A DNA stretch of 64,000 nucleotides from Bacteroidales bacterium (GCA_003142255.1 PLLO01000001.1:17839-81838), one strand, 5' to 3'. Shown: positions 29,292 through 40,022, numbered from the stretch's first letter. Notes: generated by a model from the letters alone, not told the origin. A program made the numbers and translations.

Positions 29292-31559
29292 TTGAATATG
29301 AATCCGGAAGAAGACAGAATAATACAGTTTTATAATGACCTTTCAGGCGCGATGACCAGGATCAGAAAGGTATTAAGCCAGCCGCTTACCCTGAGTGAAA
29401 AGATTCTTTACATCCATTGTAAAAGCATACCTGAACTGAAGATGCATTTAAGAGGAATTGATTATGCTCTTTTTGCACCCGACAGGGTCGCCATGCAGGA
29501 CGCAACAGCTCAAATGGCCATGCTTCAGTTTATGCTGGCAGGGAAGGAGACATCGGTTGTCCCGGCTTCAATTCATTGCGATCACCTTATAACAGCCAGG
29601 AAGGGCGCCTCGGCCGACCTGAAGAGAGCAATATCTGAAAATAATGAAGTCTATGACTTTTTACGCTCTGTGTCGGCAAAATTTGATATTGATTTCTGGG
29701 AGCCGGGCGAAGGAATCATACACCAGGTAGTAATGGAGAATTATGCTTTTCCGGGAGGAATGCTGATTGGAACTGATTCTCATACTCCGACTGCCGGCGG
29801 GCTTGGGATGATTGCAATAGGAGTCGGCGGAGCAGATGCCGTTGACGTGATGGCAGGAACCGGGTGGGAACTGAAGTTTCCAAGGATCATAGGGATAAAG
29901 CTTACCGGCAGGCTGAACGGATGGACCTCGGCTAAGGACATCATTCTGAAAATCAGCGGCATGCTTTCTGTAAAGGGAGGCACAGGATCAGTGATTGAGT
30001 ATTTCGGAGAAGGGGCAGAGTCACTTTCTGCCACCGGGAAGGCAACTATCTGCAATATGGGAGCGGAGACTGGCGCCACCTGCTCACTCTTTGGTTTTGA
30101 CAATAAGATGTACGAATACCTGGCTGCCACAGGAAGAAAAGAGATTGCATCGGCTGCAAATGCAGTGCGCGAACATCTTGTTGCTGATCCGGAAGTCTTG
30201 TCAGACCCCGGGAAATATTTTGATAATTACCTCGAAATTAATCTCTCGGAAATAGAACCATATATTAACGGGCCATTTACCCCCGACCTTGCCACTCCGA
30301 TCTCCAAAATGAAAGAAGAGGTTGTTAAAAACGGGTGGCCGGTTGAAGTATCGACCGGACTCATTGGCTCCTGCACAAACTCATCCTATGAAGATCTCTC
30401 AAGGGCAGCTTCCGTGGTAAGAAGTGCCCTTGAAGCAAAAGTAGTTGCTAAATCGGAATTCAAGATCATGCCGGGATCAGAGGAGATCAGAAGAATCGCA
30501 AAAAAAAATGGTTTGCTTAATCTCTTCAGGGATATAGGAGGTGAGGTTTATGCAAATGCATGTGGTCCATGCATAGGACAGTGGGACAGGAAAGGCGCCG
30601 AAAAAAAAGAGATAAATACAGTCATTCATTCGTTTAACCGTAATTTTTCGAAACGAACTGACGGGAATCCAAATACGTACTCATTTATTGCTTCACCTGA
30701 AATAGTGACTGCAATAACTCTTTCAGGTAAATTGACATTTAATCCGCTGACAGATGCCCTGGTCAATTCTAATGGCAGGAAGATAAAACTGGCAGTGCCG
30801 AGAGGGTCTGATCTCCCTCCGGGTGAATTCAACCTTAAAGCAAGACCGGCAAAAAAAGACGGAAGTAAAGAGAAGCAAAAAATTTCAGTTAATCCTTCTT
30901 CAGAAAGGATCCAGCTTCTCAAGCCTTTTGAAGAATGGAACGGCAAGGATTTCATAGGAGTGCCTTTACTTATTAAAGTCAGGGGAAAATGCACGACCGA
31001 TCATATTTCAATGGCCGGGAAATGGTTAAAATACCGGGGACATCTTGAGAATATTTCGAAAAACTATATGACCGGAGCTGTAAATACCTTTAACGGGGAA
31101 ACAGATAATGTTCTGGACCAGATCACAGGCAGATATGGAACAGTACCTTCAATAGCGGCAGCATATAAAAGAAGAGGCTGCGGATCAATCGTGGCCGGAG
31201 AGGAAAACTTTGGTGAAGGATCATCACGCGAGCATGCGGCAATGGAACCGAGATACTTTAATGTGCGTGCAATTATTGCAAAATCGTTTGCAAGAATACA
31301 TGAGACGAATCTTAAAAAGCAGGGCCTTCTTACCCTGACGTTTGCCGATAAAAAGGATTATGACAGGATAAGAGAGGATGATAAGCTTGATATTACGGGG
31401 CTGAAAGAATTTTCTACCGGGAAACAACTCACGATAATACTGAATCATTCCGACGGGAGCAGTGAAAAATTTCCTGTGGACCATTCATACAATGAGGTTC
31501 AGATAGAATGGTTTAAGGCAGGAAGTGCATTGAATATGATTCGTAAAAGAGGGCATTGA
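29292..31559 (+). CDS. acnA: Aconitate hydratase (mitochondrial-type)
   Basis: [49 protein letters not shown]. Confidence 0.95.
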   Translation: MNMNPEEDRIIQFYNDLSGAMTRIRKVLSQPLTLSEKILYIHCKSIPELKMHLRGIDYALFAPDRVAMQDATAQMAMLQFMLAGKETSVVPASIHCDHLITARKGASADLKRAISENNEVYDFLRSVSAKFDIDFWEPGEGIIHQVVMENYAFPGGMLIGTDSHTPTAGGLGMIAIGVGGADAVDVMAGTGWELKFPRIIGIKLTGRLNGWTSAKDIILKISGMLSVKGGTGSVIEYFGEGAESLSATGKATICNMGAETGATCSLFGFDNKMYEYLAATGRKEIASAANAVREHLVADPEVLSDPGKYFDNYLEINLSEIEPYINGPFTPDLATPISKMKEEVVKNGWPVEVSTGLIGSCTNSSYEDLSRAASVVRSALEAKVVAKSEFKIMPGSEEIRRIAKKNGLLNLFRDIGGEVYANACGPCIGQWDRKGAEKKEINTVIHSFNRNFSKRTDGNPNTYSFIASPEIVTAITLSGKLTFNPLTDALVNSNGRKIKLAVPRGSDLPPGEFNLKARPAKKDGSKEKQKISVNPSSERIQLLKPFEEWNGKDFIGVPLLIKVRGKCTTDHISMAGKWLKYRGHLENISKNYMTGAVNTFNGETDNVLDQITGRYGTVPSIAAAYKRRGCGSIVAGEENFGEGSSREHAAMEPRYFNVRAIIAKSFARIHETNLKKQGLLTLTFADKKDYDRIREDDKLDITGLKEFSTGKQLTIILNHSDGSSEKFPVDHSYNEVQIEWFKAGSALNMIRKRGH

Positions 31560-31580
31560 AATAAACAAAAAAAGAACATT

Positions 31581-32843
31581 ATGTCCGACAGGATTAAATT
31601 TATTCATGGCAAACTGGAGGTCCCTTTGAATCCGGTCGTCCCATTCATAGAAGGTGACGGGACCGGTCCGGATATCTGGAGGGCATCTGTCAGGATCTTT
31701 AATGCAGCCCTTGAAAAGGCATTCGCAGGGACAAGGAAAATTGAATGGATGGAAGTGCTGGCAGGAGAAAAAGCATATAAAACCACGGGAAGCTGGCTGC
31801 CGGATGAGACACTTTCAGCCTTCAGGGAATATATGGTTGGCATCAAGGGACCCCTGACAACCCCTGTCGGTGAAGGTATGAGATCTCTGAATGTTGCCCT
31901 GAGGCAGGAGCTTGACCTTTACGCTTGCTACAGGCCGGTAAGGTATTTCACCGGCGTCCCCAGTCCGGTAAAAAAACCAGAGATGGTCAATATGCATATT
32001 TTCAGGGAGAATACTGAAGACATTTATGCGGGAATAGAATATATGAATGGAAACCCTGATACCGAAAAGCTTATAAGTTTTCTTATTGACAAGATGAATG
32101 TCAGGAAAATACGTTTCCCCAAAACCTCATCGATCGGGATAAAGCCTGTTTCGGTTGAGGGAACGGAAAGGCTTGTCAGGCAGGCAATCAGGTTTGCAAT
32201 AGAGAAAAAGCTTCCATCGGTAACTCTTGTCCATAAAGGGAACATAATGAAATTCACGGAAGGAGCATTTATGAAATGGGGATATGCGCTTGCCGAAAGA
32301 GAATTTGCCGATCAGGTGTTCACATGGCAGCAGTATCGCAGGATAGCCGGAGAAATGGGAGAGAAGATAGCAGACGATCTTCTTTCAAACGCAATGAAAG
32401 ATGGCAAAGTGATAATAAAGGATGTAATAGCCGACGCTTTTCTTCAGCAGATTCTCCTCCGGCCTGCCGATTATTCCGTTATAGCCACTCTTAACCTCAA
32501 TGGTGATTATATCTCTGACGCACTGGCAGCAATTGTAGGCGGAGTAGGAATTGCTCCCGGTGCAAATATAAATTTTGACACCGGGCACGCAGTATTTGAA
32601 GCCACACACGGAACAGCACCTAAATATGCCGGGCTGGATAAAGTGAATCCCGGATCATTGGTCCTTTCGGGTGCGCTTATGTTTGAATACCTGGGCTGGA
32701 GTGAAGTTGCAGAGCTTATTTACACGGCGCTGGGGCAAACGATACTTAAAAAGAAGGTGACTTATGATTTTCATCGCCTGATGGACGATGCAACTCTGCT
32801 TAAAACATCGGAATTTGCCGATGAAATAATCAGGAACATGTGA
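31581..32843 (+). CDS. icd: NADP-dependent isocitrate dehydrogenase
   Basis: [53 protein letters not shown]. Confidence 0.97.
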   Translation: MSDRIKFIHGKLEVPLNPVVPFIEGDGTGPDIWRASVRIFNAALEKAFAGTRKIEWMEVLAGEKAYKTTGSWLPDETLSAFREYMVGIKGPLTTPVGEGMRSLNVALRQELDLYACYRPVRYFTGVPSPVKKPEMVNMHIFRENTEDIYAGIEYMNGNPDTEKLISFLIDKMNVRKIRFPKTSSIGIKPVSVEGTERLVRQAIRFAIEKKLPSVTLVHKGNIMKFTEGAFMKWGYALAEREFADQVFTWQQYRRIAGEMGEKIADDLLSNAMKDGKVIIKDVIADAFLQQILLRPADYSVIATLNLNGDYISDALAAIVGGVGIAPGANINFDTGHAVFEATHGTAPKYAGLDKVNPGSLVLSGALMFEYLGWSEVAELIYTALGQTILKKKVTYDFHRLMDDATLLKTSEFADEIIRNM

Positions 32844-32865
32844 GAAATTAAAATAAGAGTACAAA

Positions 32866-34221
32866 ATGAATGAGAATGATTTTTTTTCAAGGCTTGAAGC
32901 GTCGGTACGGGAATCTTGCAGGATCGACAGCGAACTATTTGAGAAATTCGATGTAAAGAAAGGTCTCAGGAACAGCGATCGTACGGGCGTCCTTGTCGGC
33001 CTTACCAATATCGGGGATGTTGTAGGTTATGAGAAGGAGAATGGAAAGGTCATAGCTGTCCCGGGAAGATTGCTTTACCGAGGGATTGATATTGAGAAGA
33101 TAGCCCATGGATTCGAGAAAGAGAGAAGGCATGGATTTGATGAGACAGTATTCCTTCTGCTTACCGGCAATCTTCCGGATAATTCAGAGCTTAATGATTT
33201 TTCCTCTTACCTGGCATCACTGAGAGGATTGCCTGATCATTTTGTAAAGGACATGATCCTGTCAATGAAGGGCAAGGATGTTCTGAATATGCTCGCCCGG
33301 TCGGTGCTCGGACTTTATACTCTTGATGAGAACGCAGATGATATATCTATTCATAATATGATCAGGCAGTCATTGAACCTGATCGCGAAATTCCCATCAA
33401 TTATCGCATATTCATACCAGGCACTCAGACATGCTTACCAGGGAAAGACATTATCGATCAGGCACCCGCAGGCCCAGCTTACCACTGCCGAGAATTTTCT
33501 GCATCTTATAAAAGGAGAAGGCTTCTATTCAAGGCTTCAGGCAGATCTTATCGATTTATCTCTGGTACTTCATGCAGAACATGGCGGGGGAAACAACTCA
33601 ACATTTACAATGCGTGTGACAAGCTCCACCGAAACTGATATTTATTCGGCTGTTACCTCGGCTATCGGATCATTAAAGGGACCTCTGCACGGCGGAGCTA
33701 ACCTTAAAGTGCTTGATATGATGGAAGATATAAAGAAAAATGTCAGGAACTGGAAAGATGAGACTGAAGTTGAGGAATATCTTTTGAAAATCCTTAAGAA
33801 GGAAACCTATGATAAGACCGGAATAATTTACGGGATCGGGCACGCAGTATACACTATATCCGATCCGCGGGCAATCCTGCTAAAGGAAAAAGCAAGGGAG
33901 CTTGCTGCAGAATCGGGAAGAACTGACGAGTTCGATCTTTATTCCCTGGTTGAAAGAATAACACCGGATGTTTTCAGAAAATTCAAGGGAGAGCAGACAA
34001 CGAAAGTAGTCTGCATTAATGTCGACTTCTATTCAGGCTTTGTTTATTCCTGCATTGGCATACCTAAAGAACTATATACGCCATTGTTTGCGATGGCAAG
34101 GATTTCAGGATGGTGCGCTCACCGGATTGAAGAGCTTACCTTTTCGGCAAAAAGGATCATCAGGCCTGCATTCAAGAATGTATACGGCCCGCAGGAATAT
34201 ATTCCAATAGAAATGAGATAA
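32866..34221 (+). CDS. gltA: Citrate synthase
   Basis: HAEHGGGNNSTF, GPLHGGAN, GIGHAVY, NVDFYSG. Confidence 0.92.
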   Translation: MNENDFFSRLEASVRESCRIDSELFEKFDVKKGLRNSDRTGVLVGLTNIGDVVGYEKENGKVIAVPGRLLYRGIDIEKIAHGFEKERRHGFDETVFLLLTGNLPDNSELNDFSSYLASLRGLPDHFVKDMILSMKGKDVLNMLARSVLGLYTLDENADDISIHNMIRQSLNLIAKFPSIIAYSYQALRHAYQGKTLSIRHPQAQLTTAENFLHLIKGEGFYSRLQADLIDLSLVLHAEHGGGNNSTFTMRVTSSTETDIYSAVTSAIGSLKGPLHGGANLKVLDMMEDIKKNVRNWKDETEVEEYLLKILKKETYDKTGIIYGIGHAVYTISDPRAILLKEKARELAAESGRTDEFDLYSLVERITPDVFRKFKGEQTTKVVCINVDFYSGFVYSCIGIPKELYTPLFAMARISGWCAHRIEELTFSAKRIIRPAFKNVYGPQEYIPIEMR

Positions 34222-34244
34222 GAAAATGGAGCTGTCTAAAAAGA

Positions 34245-34346
34245 CCTTTGTGTCCTTCGTGCTAACCTTCGTGGACCTTTGTGGTTAAATGAATTAAAAA
34301 TTAACCACAAAGAACACAAAGGATATCACACTAAGGAACACAAAGG
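34245..34346. repeat. CTTTGTG/CACAAAG inverted tandem repeat element
   Basis: CCTTTGTGTCCTTCGTG..CTTTGTGGTTAA paired with TTAACCACAAAGAACACAAAG..GAACACAAAGG; the identical 17-mer CCTTTGTGTCCTTCGTG also occurs at 3191-3207. Confidence 0.7.
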
Positions 34347-34357
34347 GAAGAATATCA

Positions 34358-34936
34358 TTAATAGTTTTCTTCCTTTAACTGCATGAATGATTTTGGATGG
34401 AGGCATGCCGGGCAAATTTCGAGAGCCTTCTCCGATTCATATATATAACCGCAGTTGATGCATTTCCACCAAACCTTGCCGTTTTTCATAAAGACCTTGT
34501 CTTCCGAAACATTCTGAAGGAGCTTCAGGTACCTGCGCTCATGTTCAGCTTCTACTTTTGTGATCATTTTGTAAGCTGCAGCTATTTCAGGAAAACCCTC
34601 CTGCTGGGCTACTTCTGCAAAATGTGGATAGAGGTCGGTCCATTCTTCGTGTTCACCTTCGGCGGCAGCTTTAAGGTTCTCCTTTATTGTTCCGATCTTT
34701 CCTGCAGGATAGGTTGCAGTAATTTCAACAGCTCCTCCTTCGAGGAATTTAAAGAATCTTTTTGCATGTTCTTTTTCATTAAGTGCTGTCTCCTGGAATA
34801 TATTTGCTATCTGCTCAAATCCCTCCTTGCGGGCTGCGCTGGAAAAATAATCGTAGCGGTTGCGGGCCTGTGATTCGCCGGCAAATGATTTCAGAAGATT
34901 TTGCTCTGTCTTTGTTCCTTTAACTGATTTAGCCAT
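34358..34936 (-). CDS. rbr: Rubrerythrin
   Basis: FAGESQARNRY, NEKEHA, EAEHE diiron motifs; C-terminal CINC...CPACLH. Confidence 0.96.
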   Translation of the reverse strand: MAKSVKGTKTEQNLLKSFAGESQARNRYDYFSSAARKEGFEQIANIFQETALNEKEHAKRFFKFLEGGAVEITATYPAGKIGTIKENLKAAAEGEHEEWTDLYPHFAEVAQQEGFPEIAAAYKMITKVEAEHERRYLKLLQNVSEDKVFMKNGKVWWKCINCGYIYESEKALEICPACLHPKSFMQLKEENY

Positions 34937-34954
34937 AGTTTTAATTTTTATTGG

Positions 34955-35632
34955 TTAGACTTGTATAAAATCCGATTTTTCAGAACCGCATACCGGGCAT
35001 GTCCAACTATCCGGAAGTTCTGAAAATTTAACTTTTTCAATCTCTTCGTCATAAATATGTCCGCATGCAGAACATTTATATTTTTTAAAGGTACCGGCCG
35101 GTTTAGCCGCATCGATTTTGGCTTTGTCAATATAGGTGGGGGCATTGGCAGGAGCACTCCCCCTCATTACCTGCCTGTAGTAAAGGTATGTAAGCGGATC
35201 TTTTGATTTATCGAGCAGGACTGACTGTACCAGCTCGCCGATAAATATAAGATGAGTACCGGTATCGATTGTATTTACCAATGTACATTCAAGCCAGGCG
35301 ATTGCTGCATTAAGAACTATTGGCACCCCGGTCTTTCCGTAATTCACCGACATTCCTTCAAGCTTATCAAAATCCCTGCCGCTCTTGAATCCGAAACGAC
35401 CTAAAATATCGGGGGCAGTACCCTGTTCAAGGATCGAAACAGAGAAGGCCTTTTTATGAGCTATAATACCAGCTGTAAAATTCTTCTTATTGCAGGCTAC
35501 CGCAAATTGCGGGGGTTCGGCTGTTACCTGGAATACGGAATTGGAAATGAATCCGTTGCCCTTGACAGAGTCACCCGAACTGACAATGAACAATCCATAA
35601 GTTATCTTATAGAAAGCCTCAAAATCTATCAT
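34955..35632 (-). CDS. Flavin reductase-rubredoxin fusion (high-molecular-weight rubredoxin, Hrb-like)
   Basis: Flavin_Reduct domain (FGFKSGRDFDK, GTHLIFIG) plus rubredoxin (CSACGHIY...WTCPVCG); ATG at 35632 preferred over TTG at 35650. Confidence 0.88.
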   Translation of the reverse strand: MIDFEAFYKITYGLFIVSSGDSVKGNGFISNSVFQVTAEPPQFAVACNKKNFTAGIIAHKKAFSVSILEQGTAPDILGRFGFKSGRDFDKLEGMSVNYGKTGVPIVLNAAIAWLECTLVNTIDTGTHLIFIGELVQSVLLDKSKDPLTYLYYRQVMRGSAPANAPTYIDKAKIDAAKPAGTFKKYKCSACGHIYDEEIEKVKFSELPDSWTCPVCGSEKSDFIQV

Positions 35633-35711
35633 TGGTGAATTTTCCCGCAAAATACAAAAAAAACAGATAAAAAGGCGGAGGCTTAATAGCCAAAAATCAT
35701 CTTAAACCGGA

Positions 35712-36989
35712 TTAATTTCCGAACCGGGGATTTACAACATTATTATAAATAGATCCGAAAGTATATGTAAATCCAATGCTGGTGTAATATGAATAATTTG
35801 TTTCAAGAGCTTTCCTGTTAAGCAGGACATCCTCCAGGGAAGCATCTCCGAGGGGAAGGGATATCTGGTCGTGAATCAGGGCGAAACTTCCATAGAGATT
35901 GAACGTTAATCCTTTTGCAATTCTGAGATTCGCATTTGTGTAAAGACCAAGCCTGTTATACGACCAGTCAAAGAAATAATTGCTCCATGTAAGCGTGGAA
36001 TTGACCGATCCCCATTTCTGGATAACAGATAAAGATGCAGACAATAAATGAAGACCAGGAATTTCTTTGGTTTTTAACCGGCATGTTTTTTCGATATATT
36101 TATTTACGTCGACACCTATTCTGTATAAAAATGTAAGTTTCCGGCGTGTCGATTCCGAATAAGGGAATATGTCATATTCTATTCCCGGAGTGACCCTGAT
36201 AGAATGGACATAATTATTATAGATTGATGTTTGAAAAGTAACCGATCCCCCGGCAGACCAGTGATCATTAATACTTTTTACGTAAGAAATATACCCATAT
36301 TCATCGCGGGTTTTTTTATAATATGTTGTGTCTATGCTGTCAGTTACACTGATATACCTGCTCTTATTACTTTCAAGATCAATCCCCAGGCTGGATTCAA
36401 ACTTCGATTTCTCCGTGATTCTGTTGGCTGACACGCTGGAATACAAATAAGAGGTACTATAATGTTTTTGTCCATTGGAATATGCCTGAAGACTTAAGCT
36501 GTAAACCCAGCTGTTCCATTTGTCGGTCGAAATGGTTTCTTTCAGCGGCTGAGTAAATCGGATATCAAAAAACCCGGCAAGCGGAGTTTTAATTACATAT
36601 CGCATAAGCCCCATTTTCAAAGCCTTCACCTGCTTTGCCCTTATCATATCTTCAGTGTCGTCAGGCATTGAGTTAACAACAATCGTATCGGCCATTCCTG
36701 CATACTTTTTTTGACCGACAAGGAAAAAAGTAAAAGCTCCTCCGCCGGAACCTGTCCACTGGTAGGTCGGGATTATATAAAGATCAGCCTCTTTAAGATC
36801 TCTGACATAGTTAATGAATATTATTTCTCTTTTAATATAATTCATTGTAGAAGTGCTGATATAATCATTTTCAGACATATATACTTTCAGGGCATCCTTG
36901 CGGACAGTATCATTTGCAGCAACATTCTCCTGTGAATATCCGGCAAGGCATAAAAATGCCAGGATACAAGAAAACAGAATTTTTTTCAT
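35712..36989 (-). CDS. Putative outer-membrane beta-barrel protein
   Basis: Signal peptide; alternating Tyr/Ser-rich amphipathic strands; C-terminal IGFTYTFGSIYNNVVNPRFGN. Confidence 0.7.
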   Translation of the reverse strand: MKKILFSCILAFLCLAGYSQENVAANDTVRKDALKVYMSENDYISTSTMNYIKREIIFINYVRDLKEADLYIIPTYQWTGSGGGAFTFFLVGQKKYAGMADTIVVNSMPDDTEDMIRAKQVKALKMGLMRYVIKTPLAGFFDIRFTQPLKETISTDKWNSWVYSLSLQAYSNGQKHYSTSYLYSSVSANRITEKSKFESSLGIDLESNKSRYISVTDSIDTTYYKKTRDEYGYISYVKSINDHWSAGGSVTFQTSIYNNYVHSIRVTPGIEYDIFPYSESTRRKLTFLYRIGVDVNKYIEKTCRLKTKEIPGLHLLSASLSVIQKWGSVNSTLTWSNYFFDWSYNRLGLYTNANLRIAKGLTFNLYGSFALIHDQISLPLGDASLEDVLLNRKALETNYSYYTSIGFTYTFGSIYNNVVNPRFGN

Positions 36990-37089
36990 GTTTAAATTAG
37001 CTGTAGGTTTAGTAAACAGGAAACGAAGTTAAACAATTCGATATTGCCAATTCAAATTATTTATTTTTAGAAGGATGCAGATTATTATT

Positions 37090-37121
37090 AAAAAATCCGG
37101 CACCAGAAACCTGGCGCCGGA
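37090..37121 (-). terminator. Intrinsic terminator of the pspC-padR-pspC operon
   Basis: TCCGGCACCAG/CTGGCGCCGGA stem plus T6 on the minus strand. Confidence 0.7.
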
Positions 37122-37156
37122 CGTCATGAAAATATAAGGAATGAAAAACCAGGAAG

Positions 37157-38707
37157 CTATTTTCCTTTTTTGCTTTTTGATTCCTGGTTGCTGAGTCCAT
37201 GCTCAGTCATGATCCAGAAATTGCTTTTTGATTCTGACAAAAGTTCATCATTGTATCTGGACCGCAATATAGTTTCAGCAATGTCCTCATCAATATGTAC
37301 AATTGTCCCTTCCGGTATATTGACATCCAGGCTCACGAAATCAAGAGACCATTTGCCTGCAGGAGGAATGCAGAAGAATTCGTCGAGATACAGAGTGTCT
37401 GCTGAAAGCCTGTAATTGTATATCAGTCTCTTGGCATTCTCTATGGCAGTCAGCCTGTCCCTGCCTGCAGAATGCCTTGTTATTTCTATATTGGCCGAAT
37501 TGTCCTTAATTGCTGAAAGGTCAAGATGTGTTTTAATATACATTTCTTTCTTCTCTTTGGAAATGAATATGTTATAACCGTTTCCGCCTTTGTCCGGCAG
37601 GTTTATCTCATTTCCGGTACGGATGTCTGCCAGTTTTCTTCCGGCTTCAATGTAAAGCGTATCTGAAGGCAGCTTTAAATATTCCGTTGAAACTGATCTC
37701 TCGGTTTTCCCGTAGCTGACCCCCTCATTAAATAGTACTATTGATAAGGCAGCAGTGCATAATATCCAAAATATAAACCCGGTAAGCCATACGAACCCGT
37801 CCCTTGCCCTGAACCAGAATATGAGCCTGATCCCTCCGTAAATAAGAGCCAGGAGCGGCAGAGTGACCACTGCTATTAACAATGCCTTTATCCATGGGGC
37901 AGCTGCCGGAGATACTATGTAATTCAGGAAATCGGGCAGATAAGCTAAATTGAATCCCTGAACATCGGCAGAGAAAGACCCCGGGTATTTAAACACGAAT
38001 ACCATGATGAACGAAAGCAGTGCAAGAAATCCTGCAAGGACAAGTCCGGTCCCAATAATGATCAGGATTATACGGATTATTATGTAAAAAACTTTACCCA
38101 GAGCCCCGAATATCTCGTTAATTGCATGACCCAGCCTGTTCCCGGGATGCTGATCCCATTCCTGAGGCATAGCCCAGTTATGCTGGCCTCCATACATTTC
38201 TCTCTTTTGTGAATCAGTTAATGCTGATGGAACTGTAATCCAAAGTGCGAGATATACGAAAAATCCGATCCCGAAAGTGAAGGTAAATATAACAAACAGG
38301 ATCCTGATCCATACGGGGTCGCTGTTGAGGTAAGCGCCTATGCCGCCGCAGACGCCGCCAATAATTGAATTCTCGGGATTTCTGAACATTTTTTTTCTTG
38401 GACCCGGATTTCCGAATGAGGTTCCATGATCTCCACTCTCATTTCCTGACTGGTCAAAATCTTCAGGCTTCCCGATCAGTTTTATCATATCATCAACATT
38501 CTCTGATGATATGATACCTGCTATGCCTTTTTGTGACAGGAATATTTCTGCTATGCGCGATTCAATATCTTCTATTGTTTCGTTTCCTCCGGCCACATTC
38601 TTGAATTTGTTACTTATGCTCTGAAGATACTCTTTGAGTTTCCCATAAGCATTCTCGTCGATTTGAAACAAAGTTCCGCCGAGGTTTATATTTATTGTCT
38701 TATCCAT
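37157..38707 (-). CDS. PspC-domain membrane protein, long form with TM bundle and C-terminal extracytoplasmic domain
   Basis: MDKTININLGG N-domain; PspC motif RNPENSIIGGVCGGIGAYL; several further TM helices. Confidence 0.88.
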   Translation of the reverse strand: MDKTININLGGTLFQIDENAYGKLKEYLQSISNKFKNVAGGNETIEDIESRIAEIFLSQKGIAGIISSENVDDMIKLIGKPEDFDQSGNESGDHGTSFGNPGPRKKMFRNPENSIIGGVCGGIGAYLNSDPVWIRILFVIFTFTFGIGFFVYLALWITVPSALTDSQKREMYGGQHNWAMPQEWDQHPGNRLGHAINEIFGALGKVFYIIIRIILIIIGTGLVLAGFLALLSFIMVFVFKYPGSFSADVQGFNLAYLPDFLNYIVSPAAAPWIKALLIAVVTLPLLALIYGGIRLIFWFRARDGFVWLTGFIFWILCTAALSIVLFNEGVSYGKTERSVSTEYLKLPSDTLYIEAGRKLADIRTGNEINLPDKGGNGYNIFISKEKKEMYIKTHLDLSAIKDNSANIEITRHSAGRDRLTAIENAKRLIYNYRLSADTLYLDEFFCIPPAGKWSLDFVSLDVNIPEGTIVHIDEDIAETILRSRYNDELLSESKSNFWIMTEHGLSNQESKSKKGK

Positions 38708-38736
38708 TTCTTAGATTTTATAAGGTTAATAAATAG

Positions 38737-39063
38737 TTATCTCGTACGGATCAGGTTTACTGATTCAACAAGCTCATTCCAGGACTCATCAAGATCAGTA
38801 AGATATTCCTTGCCCTCTTTTGTGAGCTCATAGTATTTCCGGGGCGGCCCCTGGGGTGATTCTTCCCAGCGGTAGCTTAGCAGTCCGGCATTCTTTTGCC
38901 GGGTGAGCAGAGGGTAGAGTGTCCCTTCGACCACGATCACCTTCGCATCCTTAAGTTCCTTAATGATGTCGCTGGCATAGCATGAGCTTCTTGAAAGTAT
39001 TGATAGAATGCAATACTCCAGGATTCCCTTGCGCATCTGTGCCTTTGTGTTTTCAAGATCCAT
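38737..39063 (-). CDS. PadR family transcriptional regulator
   Basis: MRKGILEYCIL, EGTLYPLLTR, GPPRKYYELT. Confidence 0.95.
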   Translation of the reverse strand: MDLENTKAQMRKGILEYCILSILSRSSCYASDIIKELKDAKVIVVEGTLYPLLTRQKNAGLLSYRWEESPQGPPRKYYELTKEGKEYLTDLDESWNELVESVNLIRTR

Positions 39064-39114
39064 AGTAATAAGTTTTAAGTTTCAGACTCGTAATCAGCTT
39101 CCCGGTTTTGCCTC

Positions 39115-39705
39115 TTACAGGTTCATATTCTTTCTTACAGTATTAAATTCTTTCTTTACAGAATCCTTTATATTTTTAATGTTTACTGGTTCACCTTTCA
39201 TTTCAATCTTTTGAGCCGTGGTTTTCGCCTCAGGCAGGACTATGTACAGGATTAGATAGACAAGAAGTCCAAGTCCGCCAAGCATGGTAACAACTACAAA
39301 TATCAGCCTGACTATCCATGGATCCATGTTCCAGTAAGCTCCCATTCCTGCGCATACTCCGCCGATCATCCGGTGATCCGGATCGCGGTACATCCTATGA
39401 TACCCCGGAGTTGAAAATTTGTCGCGGGCCGTAGTCCCTTCAGTATCGGAAATATCCTCCGGTGTTCCCAGAACCGAAATGGCACTGTTCACATCCCCGA
39501 TCGTTATCACCTGCTTATAGGAGGTCAGCTTTGCGCGGAAGAGTTCTGCCATCCTCGATTCAATGTCAGAAAGTATTTCTGCTGAACTCTCCTCTTCTGC
39601 AAAATGGATCTCGAGATTCCTGAGATACCTTTTCAGTTCAGAATAAGCATCTTCATCAATGTTGAAAGAGTAGCCCCCAAGGTTAACGCTTAACGTGATT
39701 TTCAT
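39115..39705 (-). CDS. PspC-domain protein, short form
   Basis: Same N-domain as the long paralog plus RDPDHRMIGGVCAGMGAYW; one TM hairpin. Confidence 0.88.
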   Translation of the reverse strand: MKITLSVNLGGYSFNIDEDAYSELKRYLRNLEIHFAEEESSAEILSDIESRMAELFRAKLTSYKQVITIGDVNSAISVLGTPEDISDTEGTTARDKFSTPGYHRMYRDPDHRMIGGVCAGMGAYWNMDPWIVRLIFVVVTMLGGLGLLVYLILYIVLPEAKTTAQKIEMKGEPVNIKNIKDSVKKEFNTVRKNMNL

Positions 39706-39752
39706 GATCTTTTAATTTTATAGTACTAAATAATTCAGACAACATGGTAATG

Positions 39753-39793
39753 CAAAGATATAATATAATAATAATACCATGCAATACATAGTA
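39753..39793 (-). promoter_or_regulatory. pspC operon promoter with candidate PadR operator
   Basis: TATCTTTG at 39753-39760 (minus strand) and imperfect palindrome TACCATG-CAATA-CATAGTA at 39775-39793 over the expected -33 region. Confidence 0.55.
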
Positions 39794-39912
39794 GTAAAAA
39801 AATATAAGTATTTTTAAAAATAAATTGTAACTAAAAGAAAATGAAGAAGATAAAGTTTTTAAATAATCTTACTTTAGTAGATAGAACAACAGAATTATTA
39901 TAAATTTTACTT

Positions 39913-39989
39913 GCGCTGGCTCTGAAAGAGCCATCTATGAATAGCCCCGGTGCAACCGGGGGTTATTCATATAGCGCCACATTCGTGGC
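39913..39989. repeat. Multi-hairpin REP-like or structured-RNA element
   Basis: GCGCT/AGCGC closing stem; GGCTC-TGAAA-GAGCC; TATGAATAGCCCCGG-TGCAA-CCGGGGGTTATTCATA; GCCAC-ATTC-GTGGC. Confidence 0.65.
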
Positions 39990-40022
39990 AATTCTATATA
40001 TTTATAAATTAAAATTTCGTGT

